Positions 20,650-30,271 of a stretch of 64,000 nt of DNA are shown one piece after another. The translations under genes were made by a program, and so were the position numbers. The notes below the pieces were generated by a model. The model was not told the origin of the DNA. It saw nothing but the letters and a program-made list of their open reading frames with translations, and did no database searches. Location: assembly GCA_021813405.1 (NCBI GenBank), contig JAKAKS010000019.1:7549-71548 (forward strand), in the 5' to 3' direction. This stretch comes from Nitrospirota bacterium. GTDB taxonomy: Bacteria > Nitrospirota > Thermodesulfovibrionia > Thermodesulfovibrionales > JdFR-88. Within the stretch, counting starts at the first letter, position 1. Each line of letters starts with the position of its first letter.

Positions 20650-22088
20650 TTTCCTTTACCCCCGTTTTCACTTCGCCCGATGCCGGAAGGACTTTGAGGT
20701 CCGGAAAAGGGCGCTCCAACAATCTGCTTTATACGCGCCCTGGCAATCTCATATTCGGCCTTGTATCTGATAAGGCTGAACCGTGACGCGGTCAGGTCCA
20801 CCACCGCCTGAAGCACATCCAGCCCGAGGGCCTTGCCGTTTTTATAGAGGGCGCTGGCGCTTGCGTATGCCTCCTCGTTTGTGGCCACTGTTTGCAAGGT
20901 GTCAGCCACCCCGTTTCTGGAATTTTCCATGTCCTGCCATGCCGTTGTTAAGTCTATTTTCAGACTGTTCAGCCGGTCGCGCTTCCTGTCCATGGATTGA
21001 AGATATCTTGAATTGGCGGCCTCAACCTGCGCCTTTGTAAGTCCGCCCTGGAAAAACGGAAACTGTATGAAAACCCCGGCAAGCCACTCGCCTCTGGTGC
21101 CGCCAGTGTCCTGATGGCGCGTTCCGATATCGCCCTGCAGGGCCACCTCGGGGTAGTAGCCGCTTTTTGCTAACTTCACTTGGGCCTCGCTTTGTTTTAT
21201 CTCCATATCCAACTGCTTTAATTCCGGATTATTTTGAAGGGCTTCCATCCATAGCGGGTCCGCGCCGGGAGAGGGAGGGAATTCCCCAGAGAGCACGCCT
21301 TGGATATCCACCTGGGTCTGTCCTTTCAGGCCGATTGTCCTGGCCAGTATTTCCCGGGCAAGCGTTAATGCGTTTTCCGCCTCGACCACCGCCTGCGTGG
21401 CATCTGAAACAAGAGATTTGGCCCGGAAGAAATCGAGCTTGGTGGCTTTGCCCGCTTTGAAAAAGGCGTCCGTGAGATTTAAAAATTCCTGTCTCTGTTT
21501 CAGGGCGTCCTGCGCCACCTTCACGTCCTCTTTTGCCTCCAGCAGGCGATAGAATGCCTGCGTCACGCCAAAGGCCACTTCATCGCCTGTGCTGATGGCC
21601 CCCTGCCTCTGTGCCTCAGCGCCGATCTTTGCGGACTTTGTACTGTAATAAGTCTGCCTGCCGTTAAATATAAGCTGCTTGCCGTAAATGCCGGCAAACG
21701 TTTCGTCCTTGTTGAAGTCCATCGCAGGCGGCGCTGTTGAACCCCCGGCTGGCAGGCGGTTTGGCTCCAGCCGTTCGTACCAGGACAAAAGGGAAAGCTG
21801 CGGGAGAAATTGCGACTTGGCCGCCTGGTAGTCCGCCGTCAGTTCGTTGATTTTTTCAGCAGCCCCGCCAAGGGCCGGGTTGTACTGGCGGGCAAGGGAA
21901 AGACAGTCATCAAGCGATAACGCCTGGTAATTAAGCGGCTGCGGCGTCCCTGCATTCGCGTCCATGCCGGATACCAGCACCAGCAGAAACGCAGCGATAA
22001 TCAAAACAAAGTTAAAAACCCGTCTCCCTTCTTTGATACAAGCGGGGCTTTGCATAAGCCTCCTCCTTAATATCATTCTATTGCCCAA
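20646..22088 (-). CDS. TolC-like outer membrane efflux protein
   Basis: 480 aa, signal-like N-terminus, two OEP repeats. ATGA overlap with the adaptor gene. Confidence 0.8.
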   Translation of the reverse strand: MGNRMILRRRLMQSPACIKEGRRVFNFVLIIAAFLLVLVSGMDANAGTPQPLNYQALSLDDCLSLARQYNPALGGAAEKINELTADYQAAKSQFLPQLSLLSWYERLEPNRLPAGGSTAPPAMDFNKDETFAGIYGKQLIFNGRQTYYSTKSAKIGAEAQRQGAISTGDEVAFGVTQAFYRLLEAKEDVKVAQDALKQRQEFLNLTDAFFKAGKATKLDFFRAKSLVSDATQAVVEAENALTLAREILARTIGLKGQTQVDIQGVLSGEFPPSPGADPLWMEALQNNPELKQLDMEIKQSEAQVKLAKSGYYPEVALQGDIGTRHQDTGGTRGEWLAGVFIQFPFFQGGLTKAQVEAANSRYLQSMDRKRDRLNSLKIDLTTAWQDMENSRNGVADTLQTVATNEEAYASASALYKNGKALGLDVLQAVVDLTASRFSLIRYKAEYEIARARIKQIVGAPFSGPQSPSGIGRSENGGKGK

Positions 22089-22323
22089 TTTCTTCTTTTA
22101 TCAGCGCCTTTATCTTCTCAATCGGGGGGAGGGGCTTGCCCGAGTGCTTCAGCTTCCCGTTTATCACAAGCCCTGGAGTGCTCATCGTATACTTCATGAT
22201 CTCAGCAATATCCGAAACCTTCTCCAATTTCGCGTCAACACCCATCTCATTTATGGCCTTCTTCACGATCTCTTCCATCTTCCTGCAATTAGGGCAGCCA
22301 GGGCCAAGCACCTTGATCTCCAT
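22078..22323 (-). CDS. Small thioredoxin-fold protein (redox-active disulfide protein 2 type)
   Basis: MEIKVLGPGCPNCRKMEEIVKKAI...TPGLVINGKLKHSGKPLPPIEKIKALI with a CxxC motif. Confidence 0.8.
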   Translation of the reverse strand: MEIKVLGPGCPNCRKMEEIVKKAINEMGVDAKLEKVSDIAEIMKYTMSTPGLVINGKLKHSGKPLPPIEKIKALIKEEIGQ

Positions 22324-22326
22324 GCG

Positions 22327-22629
22327 TTATCTCCTTTTCGACCTGAAAATCTTTCTTAGCGTCTCGACTGAGGGCGCGTTCACGAGCCTCCCGGACTCAT
22401 CCGCAAACATCCTTCATGAAAACCCCTCGATATCGGCAGGTTGCACCTCTTCTCCGTCCACGAACACCGAGGGCGAGCCGCGAAGGCCCTTCTCCGCCGC
22501 CTGCCCATCGCGCAGGCGATAAACATCCACGTCAGCATGGCCGCCTTCAAGGACAAGGGCTTTTTCTATGTTTTCCTTAAGCGCGGCTTCCGAGCCGCAC
22601 CTTTCAGATATGTAGCACTCGATTTTCAA
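22327..22629 (-). CDS. Thioredoxin-fold protein with in-frame UGA (candidate selenoprotein); conventional ORF ends at 22414
   Basis: The 71-aa ORF ends ...VFVDGEEVQPADIEGFS-TGA. Read-through adds RMFADESGRLVNAPSVETLRKIFRSKRR and ends 3 nt before the next gene. The family's conserved C-terminal G-x-x-P-S-x-E-x-(L/I) element (seen in the neighbouring paralogue as SGKPLPPIEKIKALI) lies after the UGA. Confidence 0.45.
22384..22398 (-). other. Hairpin 15 nt downstream of UGA 22416-22414 (weak SECIS candidate)
   Basis: mRNA GAGUC-CGGGA-GGCUC: 5-bp stem including one G-U pair, extendable by 2 weak pairs. Confidence 0.3.
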
Positions 22630-22639
22630 GCATTGCCTC

Positions 22640-23596
22640 CTACAAGATGGCGTTAAACAGATATCCTACCGCAATTATCGTCACAGTCATTATGGCTGTA
22701 AAGACAATAAGAAGCTGTACCTTCAGGACCTTTCTAAGGATTATCATCTCCGGCAGCGAGAGGGCCGTAACGGACATCATGAAAGCAAGGACCGTCCCCG
22801 TGCTAAGCCCTTTTTCCATCAGGGCATAGACTATCGGGATTACGCCCGCCGCGTTCGAATATAGCGGCACCCCTATCAGGACCGCGACCGGAACGGCAAA
22901 CGGATTGTGCGGCCCGGCATAGCGCACAAGGAAATCCTGCGGCGCGTAGCCGTGGATAAATCCTCCTATGCCTATGGCGATAAGGACGAAGAGCCACACT
23001 CTCTTAAGGATGTCCGCCGTGTTCCGCCTGGCGTACAGTATCCTTTCTTTGAATGGTTGCTTCGCTGCTTCAGCAGCTCCATCAAAGTGGAGCTTGTAGA
23101 CGTAATCCTGCACCCACTTTTCAAGCTTCAGCTTGCCGATTATAAACCCTCCAAGCATCGCAACAAGCAGCCCCGCGCTTATGTAAATGGCCGCAATCCG
23201 CCAGCCAAAGAGTCCCCACAAAAGAACCACCGCAACCTCATTCACCATGGGCGAGGATATCAGGAAGGAAAAAGTGACTCCAAGAGGGACACCGGCCTCC
23301 ACAAACCCGATAAATAGCGGCACAGCGGAGCAGGAACAAAAGGGCGTGACTATCCCAAGGAGTGAGGCCATGACGTTACCGATAAATTCTTTCTTATGTG
23401 AAAGTATCTTCTTAGTGCGCTCCGGCGGGAAATAGCTCCTGATAACTGAGACGGCGAATATAATCGCGGCGAGGAGCAGGAATATCTTTATCGTGTCATA
23501 TATGAAGAATTCAACGGCATCAGCGAGGCGTGAGCCGTGAGCGAGCCCCAGGATATTATATGTAGCATACGACGCAATTACCTTCAGCATTGCCAT
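22640..23596 (-). CDS. DUF318 family permease (ArsP-like predicted permease)
   Basis: TPFCSCSAVPLFIGFVEAGVPLGVTFSFLISSPMVNE with the vicinal-Cys motif typical of the family. 318 aa. Confidence 0.8.
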   Translation of the reverse strand: MAMLKVIASYATYNILGLAHGSRLADAVEFFIYDTIKIFLLLAAIIFAVSVIRSYFPPERTKKILSHKKEFIGNVMASLLGIVTPFCSCSAVPLFIGFVEAGVPLGVTFSFLISSPMVNEVAVVLLWGLFGWRIAAIYISAGLLVAMLGGFIIGKLKLEKWVQDYVYKLHFDGAAEAAKQPFKERILYARRNTADILKRVWLFVLIAIGIGGFIHGYAPQDFLVRYAGPHNPFAVPVAVLIGVPLYSNAAGVIPIVYALMEKGLSTGTVLAFMMSVTALSLPEMIILRKVLKVQLLIVFTAIMTVTIIAVGYLFNAIL

Positions 23597-23613
23597 GGCC
23601 TCCTAAGAAGAAT

Positions 23614-23631
23614 ATATAAAAATATTTATAT
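23614..23631. promoter_or_regulatory. AT-rich palindrome upstream of the DUF318 permease (possible operator or promoter element)
   Basis: ATATAAA-AATA-TTTATAT, 18-35 nt upstream of ATG 23596, next to the AGGAGG Shine-Dalgarno. Confidence 0.2.
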
Positions 23632-23846
23632 GAGTGTCAAGAGGGAAAATGGGGAAGGAAAAAATTTAGCCACCTTACACCTTTTTTATCCAGGACAATC
23701 CCTCAAGGGCGGCCAGCATGGAGCGCAGACTCCCCCTCCTTAGCGCGGGCCCCAGTTTCGAAGGACCATCCGGAAGGTTTCAGAAAAGAACTTCATAAGG
23801 GAGTATCTATTTTCTCCGGAAATATGCCCTGACCAAAAAGGTTTTT

Positions 23847-25268
23847 TTATTCCGTTACTTCTTTTCTTTTGGCCATGAAGGAGAAAAACTCTCTGCCTTC
23901 TCTTATCCGGCGGCTGAAGACCTGCCGGTCGGAAAGCATATCCTTTAAAATCCTCAGCACCGGGCGCGGCCTCAGATAAAAACGCCGATAGAATCGCTCG
24001 ACCGCCTCGAATATCTCCTCCTTGGGAAGATGGCTATAGGAAAGGGCGGCCGTCTGTATCCCATCCTCTACAAGACCGTCCTGTTCCCCGGGAATCCAGC
24101 CTTCCTTTAGGGCCTGCCGGTAAAGCTCGGTCCCGGGGTAAGGGGCCGCAAGCGAGACCTGAAGGCTGTAAGGGTCTATCTCCTTGGCAAAGCGTATGGT
24201 CTCCTCGATGGTCTCCCTTGTTTCACCGGGGAGGCCCAATATGAAGGTGCCGTGGATTAAAATGCCAAGCTCTTTTGCCGCCTTGACGAATTTTTTTGCT
24301 TCCTCTACGACAATCCCTTTTTTAATGTTATTCAGTATATGCTGGTTGCCGGACTCAAAGCCCACCACGAGGACCCTGAGGCCGCTGTCCTTCATGACCT
24401 TTAGCGTCTTATAAGGCACGTTTGCTCTCGCGTTTGCCGACCACTTTACCCCCAGCGGGGCGATCTTTCTGGCAATCTCCTCCGCACGGGGGAGATTGCC
24501 CGTAAAGGTATCGTCGTCGAAGAAGAACTCTTTAACTTGCGGGAGGATTTTCTTTGCATGGGCAAGCTCCTCGTACACATTCCCGGCGCTCCTGGTGCGG
24601 TAAGTCCTGCCGCCTATCGTCTGGGGCCAGAGGCAGAAAGTGCAGCGGGCGGCGCAGCCCCGTCCGGCATAAATAGCAAGGTATGGGTGGTCGAGATAGC
24701 CTATGTAATAGTTTTCAATCTTCAGGTCCCTCGCGTAAACGTCCGTAACGAAAGGCAGGGCGTCAAGATCGGCGATGAGCGGCCTGTCTGGCGTCCTAAT
24801 AAGTTTGCCTTCCCTGAGATAAGCCACACCGTTTGTTTCCTGAAAGGCTTTGCCCTGGGCGATCTCGGCTATCGTGTAATCGAACTCCCCCGTGCAGACA
24901 AAATCGATCGCCTTCGAGCTTTGGAGCGTTTCCAGCGGAAGCGTGATGTCGTGTGGGCCAACGAACCCGATCAGTATGCCCGGACAGCTTTCTTTGAATT
25001 TTTCAGCAACCGTGCAGTCGTTTTTAATGGTAGGAGTGCTCGTATGGATCACGAGCATGTCAAAGCTCTTGCCGGCGTGGACCACTCTCTCCAGGTCCAT
25101 CTCCTCAGGCGGGGCGTCTACAAGAAGGCTGTCTTTCACAAGCCCTGCCGCGTAGGCCAGCCAGGCCGGATACCAGAAGGAGCGCACCTCGCGCCTCGCC
25201 TGGTAGCGGGCGCCGGCCCCGCCATCAAAGCCCATGTAAGAGGGTGGGTTCAGGAACAGGACTTTCAT
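23847..25268 (-). CDS. B12-binding-domain radical SAM protein, HpnJ-like
   Basis: MKVLFLNPPSYMGFDGGAGARYQARREVRSFWYPAWLAYAAG recalls the HpnJ family N-terminus as I remember it. CxxxCxxC is present as GRGCAARCTFCLW. Confidence 0.65.
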   Translation of the reverse strand: MKVLFLNPPSYMGFDGGAGARYQARREVRSFWYPAWLAYAAGLVKDSLLVDAPPEEMDLERVVHAGKSFDMLVIHTSTPTIKNDCTVAEKFKESCPGILIGFVGPHDITLPLETLQSSKAIDFVCTGEFDYTIAEIAQGKAFQETNGVAYLREGKLIRTPDRPLIADLDALPFVTDVYARDLKIENYYIGYLDHPYLAIYAGRGCAARCTFCLWPQTIGGRTYRTRSAGNVYEELAHAKKILPQVKEFFFDDDTFTGNLPRAEEIARKIAPLGVKWSANARANVPYKTLKVMKDSGLRVLVVGFESGNQHILNNIKKGIVVEEAKKFVKAAKELGILIHGTFILGLPGETRETIEETIRFAKEIDPYSLQVSLAAPYPGTELYRQALKEGWIPGEQDGLVEDGIQTAALSYSHLPKEEIFEAVERFYRRFYLRPRPVLRILKDMLSDRQVFSRRIREGREFFSFMAKRKEVTE

Positions 25269-25426
25269 TTTAAAAATGTATCACAAAAATGAAGCATATG
25301 CCATTCGTCGTGGACTCACTTGGTTTCTGTTGCGGATAGATTTTTTGATAAAAAAAAGAAGCCCGCTCCTTTAATAATTGGTAATCGCCAAATCACCAAG
25401 AGAAAGGAGCAGGCATTGCGAACAAT

Positions 25427-25807
25427 CGCTGAAACAAGAATACCTGGACTTTAGCGGAGAATCAAATTTGAAGATGGTACGGCAGTACAGGGCGAAATAC
25501 GAGGCGATAGGCCGGTTTTTCTAAAATCCCATCGGGGAAAATCGGAATTTATACACAGACTCTAATTAGGCGAGCCAGTTGATCTCTTTCCTGCCTAATG
25601 CATTGTCTTTCCCCGGTTATTTCCTCTCTCACTATATCTATTATTTCGGGATGATCGTTCAGGATCGTATCCATCACCGCCAACTCCGGGTTTAATGCCC
25701 ATAATTCTTTTTCAAATTGCAGTTTCAAATCGTTCAGCAGCTTCAATATCCCTCCTGTTTTCGATTTTCGCTGCAATTATACAATTTCCCTTATGCAATA
25801 AGGACTT
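25427..25807. mobile_element. Probable IS/transposase debris (family undetermined)
   Basis: Short fragments on opposite strands (QEYLDFSGESNLKMVRQYRAKYEAIGRFF on plus; LNPELAVMDTILNDHPEIIDIVREEI on minus) resemble transposase N-termini. The segment is bounded by a 22-bp direct repeat and truncates a kinase gene. Confidence 0.3.
25544..25565 (+). repeat. 22-bp direct repeat copy 1 (GGAATTTATACACAGACTCTAA)
   Basis: Exact match to 25808-25829. Confidence 0.9.
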
Positions 25808-25829
25808 GGAATTTATACACAGACTCTAA
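25808..25829 (+). repeat. 22-bp direct repeat copy 2
   Basis: Exact match to 25544-25565. It abuts the truncated start of the kinase remnant. Confidence 0.9.
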
Positions 25830-26355
25830 ATGGAATCCTGTCCGGAAAGGCAGGCCCCCTGACGGAAAAACAGAGGAATTACATCGGCATTATCGAGGAC
25901 GAGCTGAACAAGGTTACAGGACTTGTAGCAGGCTTCCTTGAGTTTGCCCGGTTTGAGGCTAAGGAATACAGGCCTGTCCCGGAATCTTTCAATCTGGAAG
26001 GAAATATCCTTAAAAATATTGAGGCCGCAAAGGCCGCGGCCGAAGCAAAAGGGGTGGAGCTGATTTTCGAATCTACAGAGGAGGCTCCACAGGTAGTCTA
26101 CGCAGATGGGACGATGATAACCAGAGTAATAAGAAATCTTCTTGAAAACGCAATAAAGTACTCAAACCCTGGCGGCACAGTGACCGTGAAGTTATCGAGA
26201 TGGGATGGCCAGACGCTTGCTTCGGTTAAAGATATCTGATTGGGAACAGCTAATTAGCCAAGATGATAGTGGAAGCCCACGCGGGAAGATATGGGCGCAA
26301 AGCTTGCCAGGCCGGGGGAGTACATTCAGTTTTACCCTTGCCTCTAAAAGGAGCT
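25829..26355 (+). pseudogene. Histidine kinase remnant (HisKA plus HATPase_c, decayed)
   Basis: The frame reads NGILSGKAGPLTEKQRNYIGIIEDELNKVTGLVAGFLEFARFE...VIRNLLENAIKYSNPGGTVTV...VKDI-stop. AKMIVEAHAGR and IWAQSLPGRGSTFSFTL follow in shifted frames. The N-terminus (phospho-His region) and the G1/G2 boxes are missing. Confidence 0.7.
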
Positions 26356-26420
26356 TTTAATTTCGAAGCCGGTAAATGATACCGGTCCAATTTATACCGG
26401 CCTTAAACAAAGGAGGTCGC

Positions 26421-28244
<1,824 letters not shown>

Positions 28245-28248
<4 letters not shown>

Positions 28249-28535
28249 TGGGCCCGGATGGAAATAAAGAGAAAAGATTTTCTGGCGAAATAAAAAAGTC
28301 GGCCGGGCAACTGATGAAAGGCCGCAAGGAAAGGTCCTCTTTCTGGCATTACGCCTATGTTATTGGAGTTGGAGGGTGGCTTTTTGTCCTTCCGGTGGTT
28401 GGAGGGGCATACCTTGGGCGTTATCTGGATGGCAGACTGAAGGCCGGGATATCCTGGACCATCACTTTCATCATCATTGGGATAGTAGCGGGCGTTTACA
28501 ACGTCTGGCTTTTTTATTTCAGGAGGCAGGGGTGA
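28245..28535 (+). CDS. AtpZ/AtpI-like small membrane protein (AtpQ-type N-ATPase accessory subunit)
   Basis: Two TM helices with the GGAYLGRYLDGRL motif. GTGA overlap with the a-subunit start. Confidence 0.65.
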
Positions 28536-29200
28536 AAAATATCGGGATTTCGCCGGAGGCGTTCATAAAAATTGGCCCGGCGGTAATAACAAACACCGTC
28601 CTTACCACATGGTTGGTAATGACAGTCATAGCCGTGGCCTGCTGGTTTGCCAAAAGACGGCTTTCCCTGAGGCCTTCGGGGTTCCAGGAGATACTGGAAG
28701 CGGGCCTGATTGCCATAGAAAATACGGTCAGGGATGTGTTGCCCGATGCCGACCCATGGCTGGTTATTCCTGTTATTGGGACCTTGTGGATATTGATAGG
28801 GGTTTCCAATCTGGCGGGCCTTGTCCCCGGGCTAAATACGCCAACCGCGGATATAAATACTACGTTTGCCTTCGCGGTCCTGTCTTTTTCGATGGCGCAT
28901 TTTTTCGGCATAAAAACGCTTGGATTCAAAGGCTATCTCAGGCACTATACAAGGCCATCGTGGGTCTTGCTGCCGTTCCACATTATAGCGGAGGCCACCA
29001 GGACCGTGGCGCTTGCCGTCAGGCTCTTTGGCAACATGCTAAGCGGGGAGATGACCGCCGCGATCATCCTGGGTATAGCGGGGCTGCTGGTACCCATCCC
29101 CTTTGCCCTTCTGCATATTGTCATAGGGATCATACAGGCCTATATTTTTGGCATATTGACACTCGTTTTTATCGCGGGCGGCATTCAGAAAGAAGTGTAA
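28532..29200 (+). CDS. atpB: ATPase a subunit
   Basis: GTG start at 28532. Contains the essential-Arg helix ALAVRLFGNMLSGE. Confidence 0.85.
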   Translation: MKNIGISPEAFIKIGPAVITNTVLTTWLVMTVIAVACWFAKRRLSLRPSGFQEILEAGLIAIENTVRDVLPDADPWLVIPVIGTLWILIGVSNLAGLVPGLNTPTADINTTFAFAVLSFSMAHFFGIKTLGFKGYLRHYTRPSWVLLPFHIIAEATRTVALAVRLFGNMLSGEMTAAIILGIAGLLVPIPFALLHIVIGIIQAYIFGILTLVFIAGGIQKEV

Positions 29201-29215
29201 GAAAGGAGGCTGGAA

Positions 29216-29482
29216 ATGACTTCTTCAACTGTTATCATTGCGGTATCAGTAATAGCGGCGGCTTTTGCAATCGCCATTGGCGCATATTCGCCTGCAAAGG
29301 CGCTGGGGGAAAGCCTTTCAAGGGCACTTGACGCCATTGCACGGCAACCCGAAGCAGGCGCGCAGATAGCCAGAACACTCTTTGTAGGGATGGCCCTGAT
29401 AGAATCCATCGCGATATATGCCTTCGTTATAGCCCTGATCATCCTCTTTGCCAATCCACTTATGAGTTACGTGGCGAAATGA
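29216..29482 (+). CDS. atpE: ATPase c subunit
   Basis: 88 aa hairpin with an ARQPEA loop and the ion-binding helix GMALIESIAIYAFVIALIILF. Confidence 0.9.
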   Translation: MTSSTVIIAVSVIAAAFAIAIGAYSPAKALGESLSRALDAIARQPEAGAQIARTLFVGMALIESIAIYAFVIALIILFANPLMSYVAK

Positions 29483-30270
29483 CATTCAATATCTGGACGT
29501 TCTCATTCCAGGTAATAAATTTTATCGTCCTGCTGCTCATACTGAGAAGACTGCTCTACAGGCCGGTAAAGGAGATTATCGCCAAACGAAGGGATGCCGC
29601 CCAAAAGACATTGGAAGACGCCGGAAGGATGAGACAAGAGGCGCTGGAAATGAAAGAGGCCCAGAAAAGGGAAACGGAAAAACTTAGCGAAATTAAAACT
29701 GAATTCATGGAAAAGATGAGGAGCGAGGCTGAAGAGGAAAGGAAAAAACTGCTCCTTGCTGCTGAAAAAAGCGCCCAGGCCGCAGCCGAAAAAGAAAGGG
29801 CGCTTTTAAATGCTGAAAAAAGCCGGGCCGAAGAGGAGGTCAGGAAACGGGCCGTCCGGATTGTAACAGCCATGGCCTCCAATCTACTAAGTGATATTTC
29901 CAGCGAGTCCCTTCACAAGAGCATTTGGCAAAACCTTTTCAGGGAAGCGGGCTCAATAGTCTCCCGGATTTTAAATATAAGAAAACCATCCTCCGCTTCA
30001 TCCGAAATTGCCCTCGCAATCCGCACCGCATGGCCAATTGGGGAAACAGAGATTGGAAGGTTGCTAAACGCCCTAGAATCCTTCGCTCCCGATATGAAAT
30101 TCACAGCCGGAGAGATTGAGGACAAGGCCTTGATCGCAGGGGTCAGCATAAAGGCTTACGATACGGTCTTTGATTTCTCGCTTGCAGGTCAGCTGGAAGC
30201 TCTGGCCACCAAACTGGAAACAGACGAAACGGTTGGCCGGCTTGCTGGTCAGCCAGCAGCGGGAAGCTGA
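29479..30270 (+). CDS. atpF: ATPase b subunit (long form; no separate delta gene)
   Basis: N-terminal TM helix then a long charged coiled coil. 263 aa. Confidence 0.8.
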   Translation: MTFNIWTFSFQVINFIVLLLILRRLLYRPVKEIIAKRRDAAQKTLEDAGRMRQEALEMKEAQKRETEKLSEIKTEFMEKMRSEAEEERKKLLLAAEKSAQAAAEKERALLNAEKSRAEEEVRKRAVRIVTAMASNLLSDISSESLHKSIWQNLFREAGSIVSRILNIRKPSSASSEIALAIRTAWPIGETEIGRLLNALESFAPDMKFTAGEIEDKALIAGVSIKAYDTVFDFSLAGQLEALATKLETDETVGRLAGQPAAGS

Positions 30271-30271
30271 A

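Noticed and set aside
24537-25292. 251-aa plus-strand ORF
   Set aside because: Antisense to the radical SAM gene.
28376-28531. The open frame upstream of the a-subunit GTG as the missing AtpR subunit
   Set aside because: The translation (MAFCPSGGWRGIPWALSGWQTEGRDILDHHFHHHWDSSGRLQRLAFLFQEAG) has no TM helices, and the stretch fully overlaps the AtpZ-like gene in another frame.
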